DNA from: Octopus bimaculoides | Taxonomy: Eukaryota | Assembly: GCF_001194135.2 (NCBI RefSeq) | Contig: NC_068986.1 | Span: forward strand, 41,396,888 to 41,434,856 | Length of the DNA stretch: 37,969 bases | Direction of reading: 5' to 3' | Shown: positions 23,292-35,748 of the stretch, piece after piece | Layout: every line of letters begins with the position of its first letter | How positions within the stretch are numbered: the first letter of the stretch is position 1 | Position numbers and translations under genes: made by a program | Notes under the pieces: generated by a model | What the model saw: only the letters and a program-made list of their open reading frames with translations | Told to the model about the DNA's origin: nothing | The model's database searches: none

Positions 23292-23866
23292 CTTGCAACA
23301 TAATTCCAAAAGATGTCATTTTTGCTTTGGACACTTCTACGAGCATAGACAAATCAAAGTTTACAGATATGAAGAAATTTGTGTCGGACTTCGTTCTTCG
23401 AACAATTGTATTCGGTCATAACGGTACCCAGGTCGGAATATATACTTTCTCTGATCTTCCAAAATTAGAACTTCCATTGAGTATAGACGACGAAAAGCTT
23501 TCCTTTATTAGTGCGCTGGAAGGTTTAAGTCTGGTCCACGGTAAAACAAACACTAATTTAGTTTTAGATGCTGCTCAAAAGGATGGTTTCAATACGGCAT
23601 TTGGGGCGCGACCAAATGTAAAGCATGTATTGATCGTCGTTACCGATGGTGCTTCACAGAAGCCGTTTGAAACTCAAATGGCAGCCAAAAGACTACACGC
23701 ATCGAACGTTGAAGTATTCGCCATTGGAGTCAGTAGTTCTGTTGACATGAACGAGCTATTTAATATAGCATCGTCACCTCAAAATGTGTTCATAAGCCCA
23801 AATTTTCAAGCATTAACCATGCTTATTAGTGGTATCAACAAACTGGTATGCGTGAAGACGAAATAA
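23292..23866 (+). CDS. Exon encoding VWA domain 2, probable terminal coding exon
   Basis: Acceptor ctttccag|CT in phase 1, joining the upstream exon in frame. Reads CNIIPKDVIFALDTSTS...GKTNT...VLIVVTDG...VFAIGV...LVCVKTK, with TAA at 23864-23866 and AATAAA at about 23914 and 23984. Confidence 0.92.
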
Positions 23867-24839
23867 TTCTCAAATGATCGACAGCTTTTCATAGGAATCA
23901 TTGCTACTTGCCAAATAAAACTTTAAAAAATTCTGAATCAATAATATATAACAGACTCAAAGGTTTGGATACTATATAACATTAATAAAGTTTTGTTTTC
24001 AAAAAATTCATATCTAGAAGGAAGAGTAAAAGATATCTTGGCTTTAGGAAAAAACCATCATTATACTGGTTAACGAGCGTTAGGGTCACTAATTTAAAAA
24101 AAATTCTACGGCTAACAAAGAAAATTAGCTATCAAAATATACAGTTATATATGTATTTATATATATATATATATATAATTGTATAGATATGTGTGTATGT
24201 ATGCATATATGTACAACTATAAAATAATACTATGTATATCTACCAAGTTGCATATATAACTGCGTTTGTTTCTTGCAATCCACTCAATGTTTTTAATTCC
24301 GGTTAATAAATGTATGTCTATGTGTGTTACTGTTTATAGTAGGATGGAATACTAAAATAACCACAAATAAACTGTAATCACAAATAAATCCTGACTGATG
24401 GTACGTAAATTTAATGGTCCAAAATTCTTATTCCTACTTACTATAAACTATAAACGGTAGTAAAATTTGCTAACAGCAATTTGTGCAGAGAATAAGAACG
24501 CAAAGCTTTAGGAACTTTGATGACAGAACTCATATTGAACGTGTATTTCGTTTATCGATATGTCTGAAAGGCTGTAGGTAATGAGTAAACTTACACCTGA
24601 ATGTGTTCTCAGTGAAGCTAATGTAACTTTTTCAGTACCGCTTTGAAGATTACCTTCACACAGTATGCAAATACTTTTATGAGAAACATACCATCAAGAA
24701 AATTGAATGTTATAGTATTACTATTGGAGTAAGGCAACGGTTTGCGATATTTATATTTGAGGATTTATTTTGTTACTGATTCTAACTATGTCAGAATCCA
24801 AATTTTTGGATACTACTCTAGCTGACTTCGATGTTATGT

Positions 24840-25210
24840 CCATTGAAGAGTTTATTTTAATTTTTAGTGCATTGGCCACGATAACGAGGGCTGAAGCCAT
24901 GACCTGGAGGCGCGCTGAGATCAGAGGTATTTATGCTGTTCACGCTCTTCTCGAACAGTTGCAAGTTGACGGGTGTAGGAAAACATGAGCGTAGAATGAA
25001 TTTTAGAACGCTGATGTTTTGGGGGTAGAAAGACTAAACAGAGTCATTAATACGGGGCCTGGATGTAGAAAGGAATAGAGACGAGTAAGTCGGGAATGTT
25101 TGGCTGAATGTTGCGATTAGTATGTAGTAGGAGTAGGAAAAGCCAATGTAGTAACAGTAGAAAAAGCAGAGGACCAGTAGTTGGAGTGTTTGTGAACGAC
25201 GTTACGCCAA
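24840..25210 (-). mobile_element. Degenerate CR1/L2-group LINE 3' end
   Basis: Minus strand has HSRLTR...TSAF*NSFYAHVF/PTPVNLQLFEKSVNSIN, resembling the CR1/L2-type ORF2 C-terminus, followed by a short UTR with AATAAA. Stops and frameshifts are present. Confidence 0.5.
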
Positions 25211-26256
25211 TCAGTTGAATGACCTTTTATTTTTAGATGCGATTTAAGATACTTGTACATATTGCAGCAACACCACCTCAATTGCTGGAACAACATTTTG
25301 GGTCCCATAAAGGTAGTTGTGTGGAAAATGTTGCTTATAAGATATAAAAAGCTTACAGCAATATTTCATGACATTTAAACAAAAGTAAGTGCGTAGAAGG
25401 CTTAAACCAAATGATATTTCTGTTTCTGTGCAATTTTTCTCATTATATTACGATACTGGTTATATTGTAGTTTTTCCCTTGAATCCGCTCTTTTTTAAAC
25501 GTAACATCTAATGATATAAAATACTATTTAAAAGATTTTTCGCCTAGAAGACATGTTTGAAATTCATCTGTTAATGTAACCCGCTAAGAATTTTTTAAAT
25601 ATATAACTAAGCGAAGAATGTATATTAATATAATGAAATTTTTGCCAATATTATGCCCAGATCAATGCTGGTCGAGTAGATCTATAAGCAAAAATGTTCC
25701 AATCATGACTCGCCGTTCTTTTTGTGAACCTAGGACAGTAACTAGATTGCTTAATGTACCCTTCGTGTCTCTCATTTTCCGAAATGGTAGAGCATGACTT
25801 GCAAGAGAGTGAACTACTATTTCTAACAAACGATGTGACCACCTCGAGGCTGGCTCTTTTTCCATTAAGTTTTCTATCGGGAAGATATTTGTCAGTCTTT
25901 GAATATAAAGTTATTTCTCGAAAGTTTAATAATCTCCTGCTGTGGCTACTAATTAGACAAACATAGAAATAGATTGATAGAAACTATCAAAGAATTACAT
26001 TTAAAGACTACTATCAATATTAAAATAACTGACACATGCTTTCTCTACTTAAAAGAAATAACAACCAAATCACCTTCACACCACAACCTAATGTCTAATA
26101 GGATAAAGGAAAAACACATTGGCTAATGTAATTCTGTATACGTTATCTCTGAAACGAAGACTAGATGCGTGACTGGGAAGCTTTTGATCATAGGGCTACT
26201 TGATCGGAATTGACCTGGGGAGAAACAACACCATGATATTTAGATGATCAAATAAT

Positions 26257-26466
26257 CTTTTCTTCTCTAGACACAAGGCCTGAAATTTTGGGGAAGGGGC
26301 CAGTCGATTGGATCGACCCAGTACGCAACTGGTACTTAATTTATCGACCCCTAAAGGATGAAAGGTAAAGTCGACCTCGGTGGAGTTTGAACTCAGAACG
26401 TAAAGACAGACGAAATATCGCAAAGCATTTCGCCCGGCGTGCTAACCTTTCTGCCAGCTCGCCGCC
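26257..26466 (-). mobile_element. Full-length tRNA-derived SINE family A with 17-bp TSD
   Basis: Minus strand GGCGGCGAGCTGGCAGAAAGGTTAGC (A box)...GAGTTCAAACTCC (B box)...CCTTTCATCCTTTAGGGGTCGATAAATTAAGTACCAG. TSD TTAGATGATCAAATAAT at 26240-26256 and 26467-26483. Confidence 0.9.
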
Positions 26467-26849
26467 TTAGATGATCAAATAATAAAACGAGCGGCTGATA
26501 AATCATACCCACCAATAGTGGAAATAGGGTTTGGGATGTATTTCGATTTATATTTAGAGATCTCAAAGGTGTTCACCAAGGGTGAGCGAAACGAACCCCT
26601 GTAGTTAGGGTTCTGGCGCACTGTATGACCCTGTAGGTAATTTTTTTTTAATATGGTCAATACCGAAGGTGTTTTGTTATCATACATTGGGCACGACTGT
26701 CATACACACACTCACATAGACTAAAAGAGAGAAACTATTACAGAGGGTGAGAAAGAATATGTGTAAGCAAGAGAAACAGAGAATGAGAAAAAGAGAGAGA
26801 AGCGAGAAATAAACAGAGAGAGAAGAGGGAGCGAATTGGTTGAAAACTG

Positions 26850-27052
26850 CAGAAGTTTTTAGAGAAAAACCCCTATAAAATACCGTTTTGCCCGGTTTCT
26901 AGCTTTACGCGGGAGCTCTGAGAAAAAATGTTATAGTGCATGACCATCCTTGGCACATAAGTAATTTGTGTGTAAAGTTTGGTGAAAATCGGTTGAAAAC
27001 TGTAGAATATGCACATACACGTACACACACACACACAAACACATCCTTTGTC

Positions 27053-27060
<8 letters not shown>
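26850..27060 (+). mobile_element. HINE/Helentron-like 3' portion
   Basis: AAGTTTGGTGAAAATCGGTTGAAAACTGTAG followed by a (CA)n tract and TA-rich end, resembling the HINE/DINE-1 3' architecture. Confidence 0.4.
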
Positions 27061-27095
<35 letters not shown>

Positions 27096-27105
27096 NNNNN
27101 NNNNN

Positions 27106-27151
<46 letters not shown>

Positions 27152-27404
27152 AGATTATTGGAGCAACAAGATATATACCAACCCGTCTGGAGCAAAGTAT
27201 GGCTAAACTTGGAATCTTTAGGAGATAATACAACTCTTTAATTCATACGCTACAAATGATCACGATATCTGGGACTATAAAAATTTGCAAGACCTTCTTA
27301 AGATTTAAAAGATGGCGGTTAAATCAAGACGCTTCCCTTCACAATCTCTCTCCCAAGTCAGTGGCCGATCCAACTTTACTCTAAATTAGAAAGAGAATGA
27401 GAAG

Positions 27405-27605
27405 ACGTACATCCATCCATCCATCCATCCATCGACACACACATATGTGTGTGTGTGCGTGTGTGTGTATGTGTGTGTGTGTGCGTGTACGTGTGTGTGG
27501 GTGTGTATGTATGTATGTATGTGTATATATATGTATACTTGCGTACATTCATATATAACGTACATAACTGCATGTGTGTGTGTGTGTGTGTGTGTGTGCG
27601 CGTGT
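27405..27605. repeat. Compound (CATC)n/(GT)n/(GTAT)n microsatellite
   Basis: Directly visible; accounts for the spurious YI/VC-repeat ORFs here. Confidence 0.9.
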
Positions 27606-27699
27606 AATGAGCAGGCCGTCTATAAATATGAGTAATATTCTGAAGTTTTAAAAGATTTACTTAAGAATAATGTTTTATACGCTGGTCTACATTACAGAA

Positions 27700-27791
27700 T
27701 GCTCCTTGTGCAAGTGCCTTCGATTATAGCCCTAGGCCGACCAATTCCTTGTGAGTGAATTTGGTAGACTGAAATTGTGTGGAAGCCTGTC

Positions 27792-27830
<39 letters not shown>

Positions 27831-27864
27831 CATACATACATACATACATACATACATACATACA

Positions 27865-27900
<36 letters not shown>

Positions 27901-27910
27901 TATATATCTG
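27700..27910 (+). mobile_element. SINE family B fragment with (TA)n(TACA)n expansion
   Basis: CCTTGTGCAAGTGCCTTC...CCTTGTGAGTGAATTTGGTAGACTGAAA...GAAGCCTGTCG followed by a microsatellite. Confidence 0.75.
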
Positions 27911-29394
27911 CAGATAAGAAACCATGTCCTCACATATTATTCGGGGTTGAATTTTGCCACATTAAAAAATACAAGAGCTGAAAGTTGATTAGTTTGAAGT
28001 TTTGTACATTGTGGAGGTGCATAAATATATTTATGTTACTGTAGTTGCTTTCACATTAGGCTATTGACCCTAGTAATGTACTTATCGCCGTTAACAACTG
28101 CTGAAAATGTGCAGAAATTATCTTCTCTTAAGTCTTAATAGGACCTATAAGATAAAAACAAACTTCAAACCAAACTGAAAACAGTAAATTTTCAACACAT
28201 TGCAGTGAAGAACATCATTGCACATTGTCAACCCAACTTGACTCTTGTAAAAACTATTTCAAGTACTAATCCACTGTAAGTTAAATTTTCAGTGCATAAA
28301 GACCGTCTCACTCTAACCTCAACATACCAACTATATATAGATAAACACTACAAAAGCTATCTGTGTAAACTGTTTTCTACAAGCATGAAGGAACATAGCT
28401 CAATGACTAATATGTTGATTGTGTAAACGTGAGCACGTATCAAAAGCTATGTTGAGAAAGATTGTTAAACAGGTAATATTAAGATCGTAGCAAAGGCAGT
28501 GTAATTGCCTGTGGGTCTAAGTTATTTTAAACGATTTAAATCATAAACCATTTGCACAATGAAAATATTTTGTTCCGTTATTGTTCTGTGTGTGAGACGA
28601 ATCAAATGATATTTTGATCTCTCAATTTAGCCATAAATCATTCATATCCGCAAAATACTCTAATATACATGTTCAAACCCAAATCCTTGAAAAAATTCAT
28701 GATTTATCACCAACATATGAATCTAATATTCATAACATCTATTTCTTTTGATAAAGATTCAAGCCAGAGTTTTGACTACATTTCTATAGCCAACCCTATG
28801 TGCGTGTTCAAAGCTTCACAAGCTCTACAAACATTTATACGACAACGATACGAGGATAAGTATTGCTAGTCTAGAAGTTACTTTGTTACGAAGGAGAGGC
28901 AGGGTTCAATGACATCAATATCATGCTGTGGATAAAATTAACGACCTTAAAACACGAGTGAGGAGCAGCATCGATCTCATCGCCTCTGTTGTGTCATTGA
29001 TACTGATTGATACTGATGCGAGAGTCACATTTTGACAGGGCTACGGTCTGGTTGGAGGTCATGCTTCGTTCACCAGCGTAATTACTTAAATATTTCATGC
29101 GTCTTCTGCGTTGCTCCACAACAGAGTTCATGGTAACATTACTAATGATAACGATTGCGTTTGAATATTCCAACATAGAGGCCCTGAAAGAGGGGCACCG
29201 CTGTACACTGCTGCTTCGCATGCTTAAAAATAAGTGGGTGTTTATTTTTAAATTGTGTTCAAAAATATAATAACGTGGAGAGGGTTTCTCAAATTTTGTG
29301 TGGTTATAATTTATTTCATAGATTGGTTTTGTTTCGAATACCTTTCGGCAAGGATTTTGAATTCTGTTGAATCAAAGCTGTCAAATGCGTTGCC

Positions 29395-29655
29395 ATCTTT
29401 TATCTTTTACTTGTTTCAGTCATTAGATTGCGGCCATGCTGGGACACCACCTTGTTGAATTTTTAGTCGAATGTATCGGCCACGCCACTTATATTTTTTT
29501 AAAGTCTTATACTGTCGGTGTCTTTTACCGAACCGCTACCGTCACGGGGACGTAAACACACCAGCACCTGTTGTCAAGCAGTCATCGGTGGGGATGGGAC
29601 AAACATAGACACAAAGACATACAAGCACACACGCACGCACACACACACACATACA

Positions 29656-29703
<48 letters not shown>

Positions 29704-29858
29704 TATATATACGAGCTTTTCTCAGTTTCCGTCTACCGAATCCACTCACAAGGCTTTAGTCAGCCCAAGGCTACAGTAAAGACACTTGCCCAAGGTGCCA
29801 CGCAGTGGGACTGAACCTGGAAAAATGTGATTCGGAAGCAAGCTTCTTACCACACACC
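29395..29858 (-). mobile_element. Near full-length SINE family B with internal (TA)/(CA) microsatellite
   Basis: The head (29711-29858) matches 6159-6282. The body continues through the microsatellite to ...CAGCATGGCCGCAATCTAATGACTGAAACAAGTAAAAGATAAA on the minus strand. Confidence 0.8.
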
Positions 29859-29910
29859 CTATATTCATAATTTTGTTGCGCACAAGTAAGATTTATACAT
29901 ATACATGTAA

Positions 29911-30280
29911 TGGATCTTGCAGTCATGAAGTGGATTTGATCCACTATAGCCAAATTTCAAGTAACAGTTCAACAGAACTTTTTTAATGGTAGAACAATAG
30001 TTTTTCTGTGACAACAGTTTTACATTTGCCAGATTGCCTTAGCTAGGCCGAAATAATGTCTTCACCATTTGACCCTTTCTAACCTCTTATAGACCACCAA
30101 AAGCTAGAATAGAGATAATAAGTACCACAAACGAAATCCATTGTTCTCAACGATTTGTCTACCCTTCTGGGTAGTTATAAAAGCAAGAACCCCAAGCAAA
30201 AATCAGTTTGTCACTTGGTATCAACTCAGTTAGTCACTTGGTGACAACTTAGTCAGTCAGTTGGTGACAACTCGTGAGTT
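29911..30280. repeat. Unclassified interspersed repeat, copy 2 (empty site for the 13456-14912 transposon)
   Basis: Continuous alignment to 13340-13455 plus 14921-15160, with a single GTTTTACA at the junction. Confidence 0.85.
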
Positions 30281-30773
30281 GAAAGAGAGCTGACATCAGT
30301 TAGTGAACCGACCACTAGAATCATGGTCACAAGCAGGTAGACAAATGGCAAGAGGGAAAAAGAAAGAAGTTTAGAATCAGCGAATATGCGAGACCCAACT
30401 TCCCACACTCTCTCACTTTCACTAACTCACTTTCTCTTCTCTGCACATTATCATATCTCTCGCTATGGTTTACAACTACAATAAGAACATACTACTACAA
30501 TAAGAACATACGGGCCGAAATTAACTTTTTCACTTCGCTTGCTCTAGGATTTTATCACCTGCACGTCGAGGCAATGTATTGTATAATGTAACGGTAAAAA
30601 TTAATATTTTCTTCACAACTTCAATCACTGTTTTTTCATCTTTACATAATGGCAATCAACGAAGAACCAATCGTTATAAACAGATTACATCCATCCTACT
30701 GTGTATCAACTATCGTTTACCATATTATTGTGTATCAAATCAATCTTTACCATTGCAAAATTAATTTTCAACG

Positions 30774-30774
<1 letters not shown>

Positions 30775-30813
<39 letters not shown>

Positions 30814-30845
30814 ATAGATAGATAGATAGACAGATAGATAGATAG
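30775..30845. repeat. (TA)n(GATA)n microsatellite
   Basis: Directly visible. Confidence 0.95.
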
Positions 30846-31271
30846 TTACTTTTGAACTGTGGATCAGTTTTTTTTTTTTTTTCAAGGGAAATGCACCCCC
30901 AAAAGACTGGAAACCACTAATCTAACATATAACAAAGAATACTTGTAAGGCAATATGATTTCATGATAACTGTAACAAATGAAATGTAAATGGTTAGTTC
31001 GTTCCTCTCTTCTCTCCAATGCATAGGAATGCAGCGGCCGAGTTGAGCGTTACACTTGACAACATTCAATATGATGTCATATTATCTTACTTAGTCCTTC
31101 AAAAAGTCAACCCGCGTCCACTCCCATCCCATAACTGAAATAATGAACCACTTTTCGTCTATTTTGTATAATAGATTAATCTATATCGTGTTTAATTATA
31201 AGGGTTGGATAAAATATGCATGCATAATTATTATAAATAAAAAAAGTAATTTGTTATTGATCAAAACTTAG

Positions 31272-31666
31272 CAAAAGATATCTTTCGAATTTTGGCATTT
31301 AGCACAAGGCCAGAAATTTTTGAGGAGAAGAGATAAGTCGTTTACTTCGATCCCAGTACAAGGCTGGTACTTTATTTTGTCGACTTCGAAAGGATGAAAG
31401 GCAAAATCGACCTCGATGGGATTTAAATTCAAAACATAAAGAGTCGCAAGAAATATCGATCTCAAATTTTTGGCACGAGGCTAGCAATTTACGGGGCGGG
31501 GCTAATTCGATTACATTGACTCCAGTACTCAACTAGTATTTATTTTATCGACCCCAAAGGATGAAAGGCAAAGCCGACCTCGACGGAATTTGAATTCAGA
31601 ACGTAAAGACGGACGAAATGCTAAGCATTTTGCCCGACGCGTTAACAATTCCGCCTGCTCGTCGCC
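31272..31666 (-). mobile_element. Two head-to-tail SINE family A copies
   Basis: AAAGGATGAAAGGCAAA.yCGACCTCGA occurs twice (about 31389 and 31556). The copy at 31450-31666 retains its tRNA-like head. Confidence 0.8.
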
Positions 31667-32269
31667 TTATGAAGATACCTAAGGATAATTAATCTCCATT
31701 CGCAATCAAAGACGGTGAATTGGCAGAGCGTAAGAGATTGGAATAGTATGCCTTATAGTATTTGTTTATAAGCGATTCTTCAAATATATACAAAGGCTTT
31801 CACAGAGTTTCTGTTAATTAAATTTCATTCACAATGCATTGGTCGATTTAGGGCTAAACGAGAAAACGCTTATCCATATTGCTCAGATCAAATGCTATCT
31901 GAAATCACTCATGTTTGATGACTTAACGTGAAAAAATTGCTTGTATCTGGTTATTTTTTAGGTGCTTTTTGCAAAATGCAAAGTATAAGCTTTTGCTGAC
32001 ATTGTTGAACAGCTTTGGTCAGCCCCACTCAAGTCGACCTTTACTCTAAAGAAATGTAGAGTTAAATCTGGAACCCTAAAGAATTAGTGATACCTTAAAA
32101 AAGCTAGACAGCATTGAAAACTCCATGTGAATTAAACAACAGAATCGAACTACTGGCAGATGTTCACAGGTCGTATTTTAGCCAGCAATGAAAGGCTTAC
32201 ATTTGCAATCAAGATGTTGACTAGCTCCAAGTTAGCTCTGATTAAACAAATCTAAGATTAAAGTCAATC

Positions 32270-32612
32270 GAGCTGCAACCATTTCGTCTAGGACCCTTTG
32301 ATTAATATTTTATTCGGGTGGACCCCCATAGCCATTCGATGTTTAAAAACTAGCTTTATGGAAACTTTTTTTCAAAATTCCTATTTTTTTCTTCCACACA
32401 TTAGCTTGTGTAGGTTGATATATGTAAAATATTAGATAAAGAAACCTAACAGTTTCTTGCAATACATACCAATACGTGTACCGAAAACAAAATTTTTTCA
32501 GGGACCCTTAAAATACTATTGTGGATCTACAATTTACCATTTTGTTGTGTGGGCCACCAAAAATTTTATATAGACCCTCAAGGGCCTTATGGACCCCGGT
32601 TGAGAGTCACTG
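32270..32612. mobile_element. hAT MITE, second copy, left end degenerate
   Basis: Interior aligns with 22050-22417 (CATAGCCATTCGATGTTTAAAAACTAG...AAAATACTATTGTGGATC); right TIR TTGAGAGTCACTG. Confidence 0.8.
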
Positions 32613-33711
32613 CTCTAAGGCTAACATTCAATAGATAATTTTTTTTAGTTTTTTTTATTTTGTAGATATAGGGTGTGATTTGAGGTAAGTTTAGACTGCT
32701 ATTACTAGCAGGTCGAACGATTGCGTAGAGCCTCCATCATGAATCCGTCATTTATGATAATTAATGACGAATTTAAGAGTTACATCAGATAGAGTTACTG
32801 GCATTGGCTAAATGTTTGAACTAAAATTGGACAGGAATCAATTTACGTAACGACATGAACAAAAAATTTTTCGAGTTACAGTCTTAATTCTATGATACAT
32901 TCTGTCATGACAGAGTACAAGAAGTGAAATAGAAAGGGAGAGAAAGAAAACAAGAAATCAATAGAAGAGCTTTGTTATCAAGGGAGGTCATTATCGTATT
33001 CCCTCGAACCGCACGCAAAATAAATATTGAAATATGCGAGTTGATTGTGTTGTTTTATGTATTATTAGTAAGTAACTGGTGTTGCCTTGGTTAATGATTG
33101 AAAAATAAAATGACGAATGGCAAACATCAGGTCCACAGAATAAAACTGAACGAAACAACAGACCGAATTGACAATACATTACGTTGTTCACAAGTAAATT
33201 GTTCACCGCTGTTATTAAAGCAAAATATCAAGCACCTCAACTTGAACACTATAATGTAATAAAAAGGAATCGATATTTTAGCAGTTATGTCTGAACAAAT
33301 AGGTAGAGAAAGAAATAGCGAAGGAGAAACGGAGAGACAGACAGACAGACAGAGGAGGAGGATATGAAATCAATAGAAGAGTATTGTTTATCAAGGAAAA
33401 TCATTATCGTGTTCCCTCAAACTGCACACAAAATTAGGATCATTATCCAAACTATTGGATGCTACTTAACGAGTTTTCTTTTTAATTTTAAGTATTGTTT
33501 ACAAATTTTATTTTTGGTTGGTTCGATATATGGTACCATTCACTATGACAACTATTATGAACCTCTCCAATTCTTTCTGTGTTTTTCTTTTTTGTTGGTC
33601 TTTTTTTATGGAAGCATTATTCAAGAAATCGAAAAGACTTTTAATAGTAAGCTAATGTCGAAAAACTATTTTGTGGTATTAGTTATGGCTATTTACTTTC
33701 TGGTTTTAGAT

Positions 33712-33790
33712 CCTTCCGAAGCTAGCTTTGTTTTTCATCCTTCCGGTGTCGAGAGAATAAATCACCAGTCAAGTACTGGAGTCGATTTAA
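33712..33790 (+). mobile_element. Old SINE family A core fragment
   Basis: TTTTTCATCCTTCCGGTGTCGA...CACCAGTCAAGTACTGGAGTCGAT. Confidence 0.55.
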
Positions 33791-34559
33791 TATTCTCACA
33801 AGGTATCCTAAATATGAATCTAGATGTATAAAAGATCCTGTCATGTGTCACCATTTTTCTTTTAAACACTTCTGCCATGTTGTAGAAATGTGTAAAGACG
33901 AAAAGAGAAAACCGTGACTGTTGTGGGAGATGGAAGAAAGGCAATAAACATTTAAAGAGAAGTAGATTAAATGGCTAAACAGATAGGTGGAAAGTGAAAA
34001 TAGAAAGCGGGCATAGTCAATAGTGAGGGAAACGGACGGTGAAATATAGGGTTGGATCAGACGTCGGTAAATTTTTTCTATCATACACCACTTCATAGAA
34101 TCTTTGATAACTTATCGACTCTCATCATGTAAATTTCTGAAATAAACTTAAAAAGTATAATTAATAAAAGAAAAATTGATTTAAAAACAACTATTACTTT
34201 GGGTTTTTTTTTATGTCATTACTACTTTTTGACAAGAAATATTTAAAAGAAATTCAATGAAAGTACTTGACAAAATATATAACAATCAATAAAAGTTCAA
34301 CCATATTTTATTGATGTAGTCTGAATGTCAACTCCTTGGGTAGCTACGAAAACCAACACCACCAGGAATCAATATTGACCTCTTTACCGGCCTCTAGGTT
34401 GAATGGAAGAAAGCTTAAAAGGGGAAGAGATAGCGTGAGTGATAATGTAAAGGAGTAGAAGATCGAGACAGAGGAAAAAAAGGTTAGATTAGAGAGACTC
34501 CTATAAAAGGCTTGCTTTGTAATTTGAATATCTCTATTCAAATACAGGGCTTGCTTTCG

Positions 34560-35215
34560 GGTCTTTTTGATGTATGGATTTACTATTTGTCAGCCGATGG
34601 GTTCTTGCATGGCTTTAGCTCAAGAGCCTTTATCGCTTGTAATATCTGGATATCTAATATTTAGAGTGTTTCTGAGGTATCTATTCATGAATGTTTAAAG
34701 CTTTCTGGGGATATTCATTCACCTTGAACTTGCCACCATATAGCAACTTTTAACAGAGACTTTGTCTTCCAGATAGACTTTAAAACGGTGAAGGTGAAAG
34801 ATTGATTCGTTTATCAAGTCACGCTTAGACGTTCTCTTCTGTACCGCTAATTACGGACAGCGCGGTTCCCTAGTTATGTGGACAATTTCTACTTCGTTAA
34901 ACATGTGATTTTCGATTATGATAGCGTCAGCTTCATCAATTTGAATTTTCCCGATTTCTGTTTTTCTATTATTCACCTTCAATCCGATTTTCACTGGTCT
35001 CTATTCATGTATCCGTCTTTCTCTTCATGCCTTGAACAGTCTGGGATATTACGCTAATTTCGTCCGCATGACATCTAGTGCCACCTTTCGTGCCCTCCGG
35101 ATATTTACTCTTTGGGCCGGCGTAGTTTGAGGAATCACCAAACCAATCGCCATCAAGATCATCGAAATAATTGACATTCCTGCTTCAACTATGGTAAAAG
35201 ACATTTCTGGCTTTC
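34560..35215 (-). mobile_element. Degenerate RTE-clade LINE reverse transcriptase fragment
   Basis: Minus-strand pieces MAIGLVIPQTT / HADEISVISQTVQGMKRKT (eroded [FY]ADD) / GLKVNNRKTEI / KRINLS..F..LKSIWKTK follow the RTE RT motif order, with many stops and frameshifts. Confidence 0.65.
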
Positions 35216-35222
35216 GAAATAA

Positions 35223-35257
35223 AAGCTCACGCGCGCACGCGCGCGCACGCACGTACG

Positions 35258-35298
<41 letters not shown>

Positions 35299-35445
35299 AA
35301 CTTACATGTTTACATAGGTATACACCTATATACACACGCATATTTTATAGAAAGAAAGAAACAAACAAAGAAACAAAGAAACAAAGAAACAAAGAAAGAA
35401 AGACAGAAAGATAGACAGAAAGAGAGAAAGAAAAAAAGAAAGAAG
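35223..35445. repeat. (GC)n(CA)n and (GAAA/CAAA)n microsatellites
   Basis: Directly visible. Confidence 0.9.
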
Positions 35446-35670
35446 GAGTTAAACGTCTATAATATCAAACTGGGTAAATTTAGTCTTATTCTTATTTTTG
35501 ATGTTCCTAAACCAATCTATTACAGTTAAACTGTTATTCCACTGTTGAAGCCCAGTAATTTCCCTAATTTTAATATTAATATTTCTAAATAGCTACTAGC
35601 CCAGTTTTCATGATGATCCTACTTGTAGATTATTAAACCCAGCGAGATCTTTAGTTCGTTATATGTGGTT

Positions 35671-35720
35671 TGCGCCTGAAGAATATGTTTGAGTTTCTGA
35701 ACATATGAAATTGTAGCGTA
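35671..35720 (+). ncRNA. Type-I hammerhead ribozyme motif (family HH-C)
   Basis: UGCGC-CUGAAGA-AUAUGUU(UGAGUUUCUG)AACAUAU-GAAA-UU-GUA-GCGUA: 5-bp stem I with one G-U, perfect 7-bp stem II, GUA triplet. Confidence 0.7.
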
Positions 35721-35748
35721 TTTTCTTTTCTCTCTCTCTCCTTCTCTC

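Noticed and set aside
28880-29230. GC-richer block that looks coding
   Set aside because: Stops occur in all frames examined, with no recognisable motif or consistent splice pair.
9701-31666. tRNA genes at A/B-box-like sequences
   Set aside because: These are SINE heads followed by SINE bodies, with no complete cloverleaf.
33364-33831. 155-aa hydrophobic ORF resembling a membrane protein
   Set aside because: Hydrophobicity follows from T-rich composition; the ORF runs through a local repeat and a SINE fragment.
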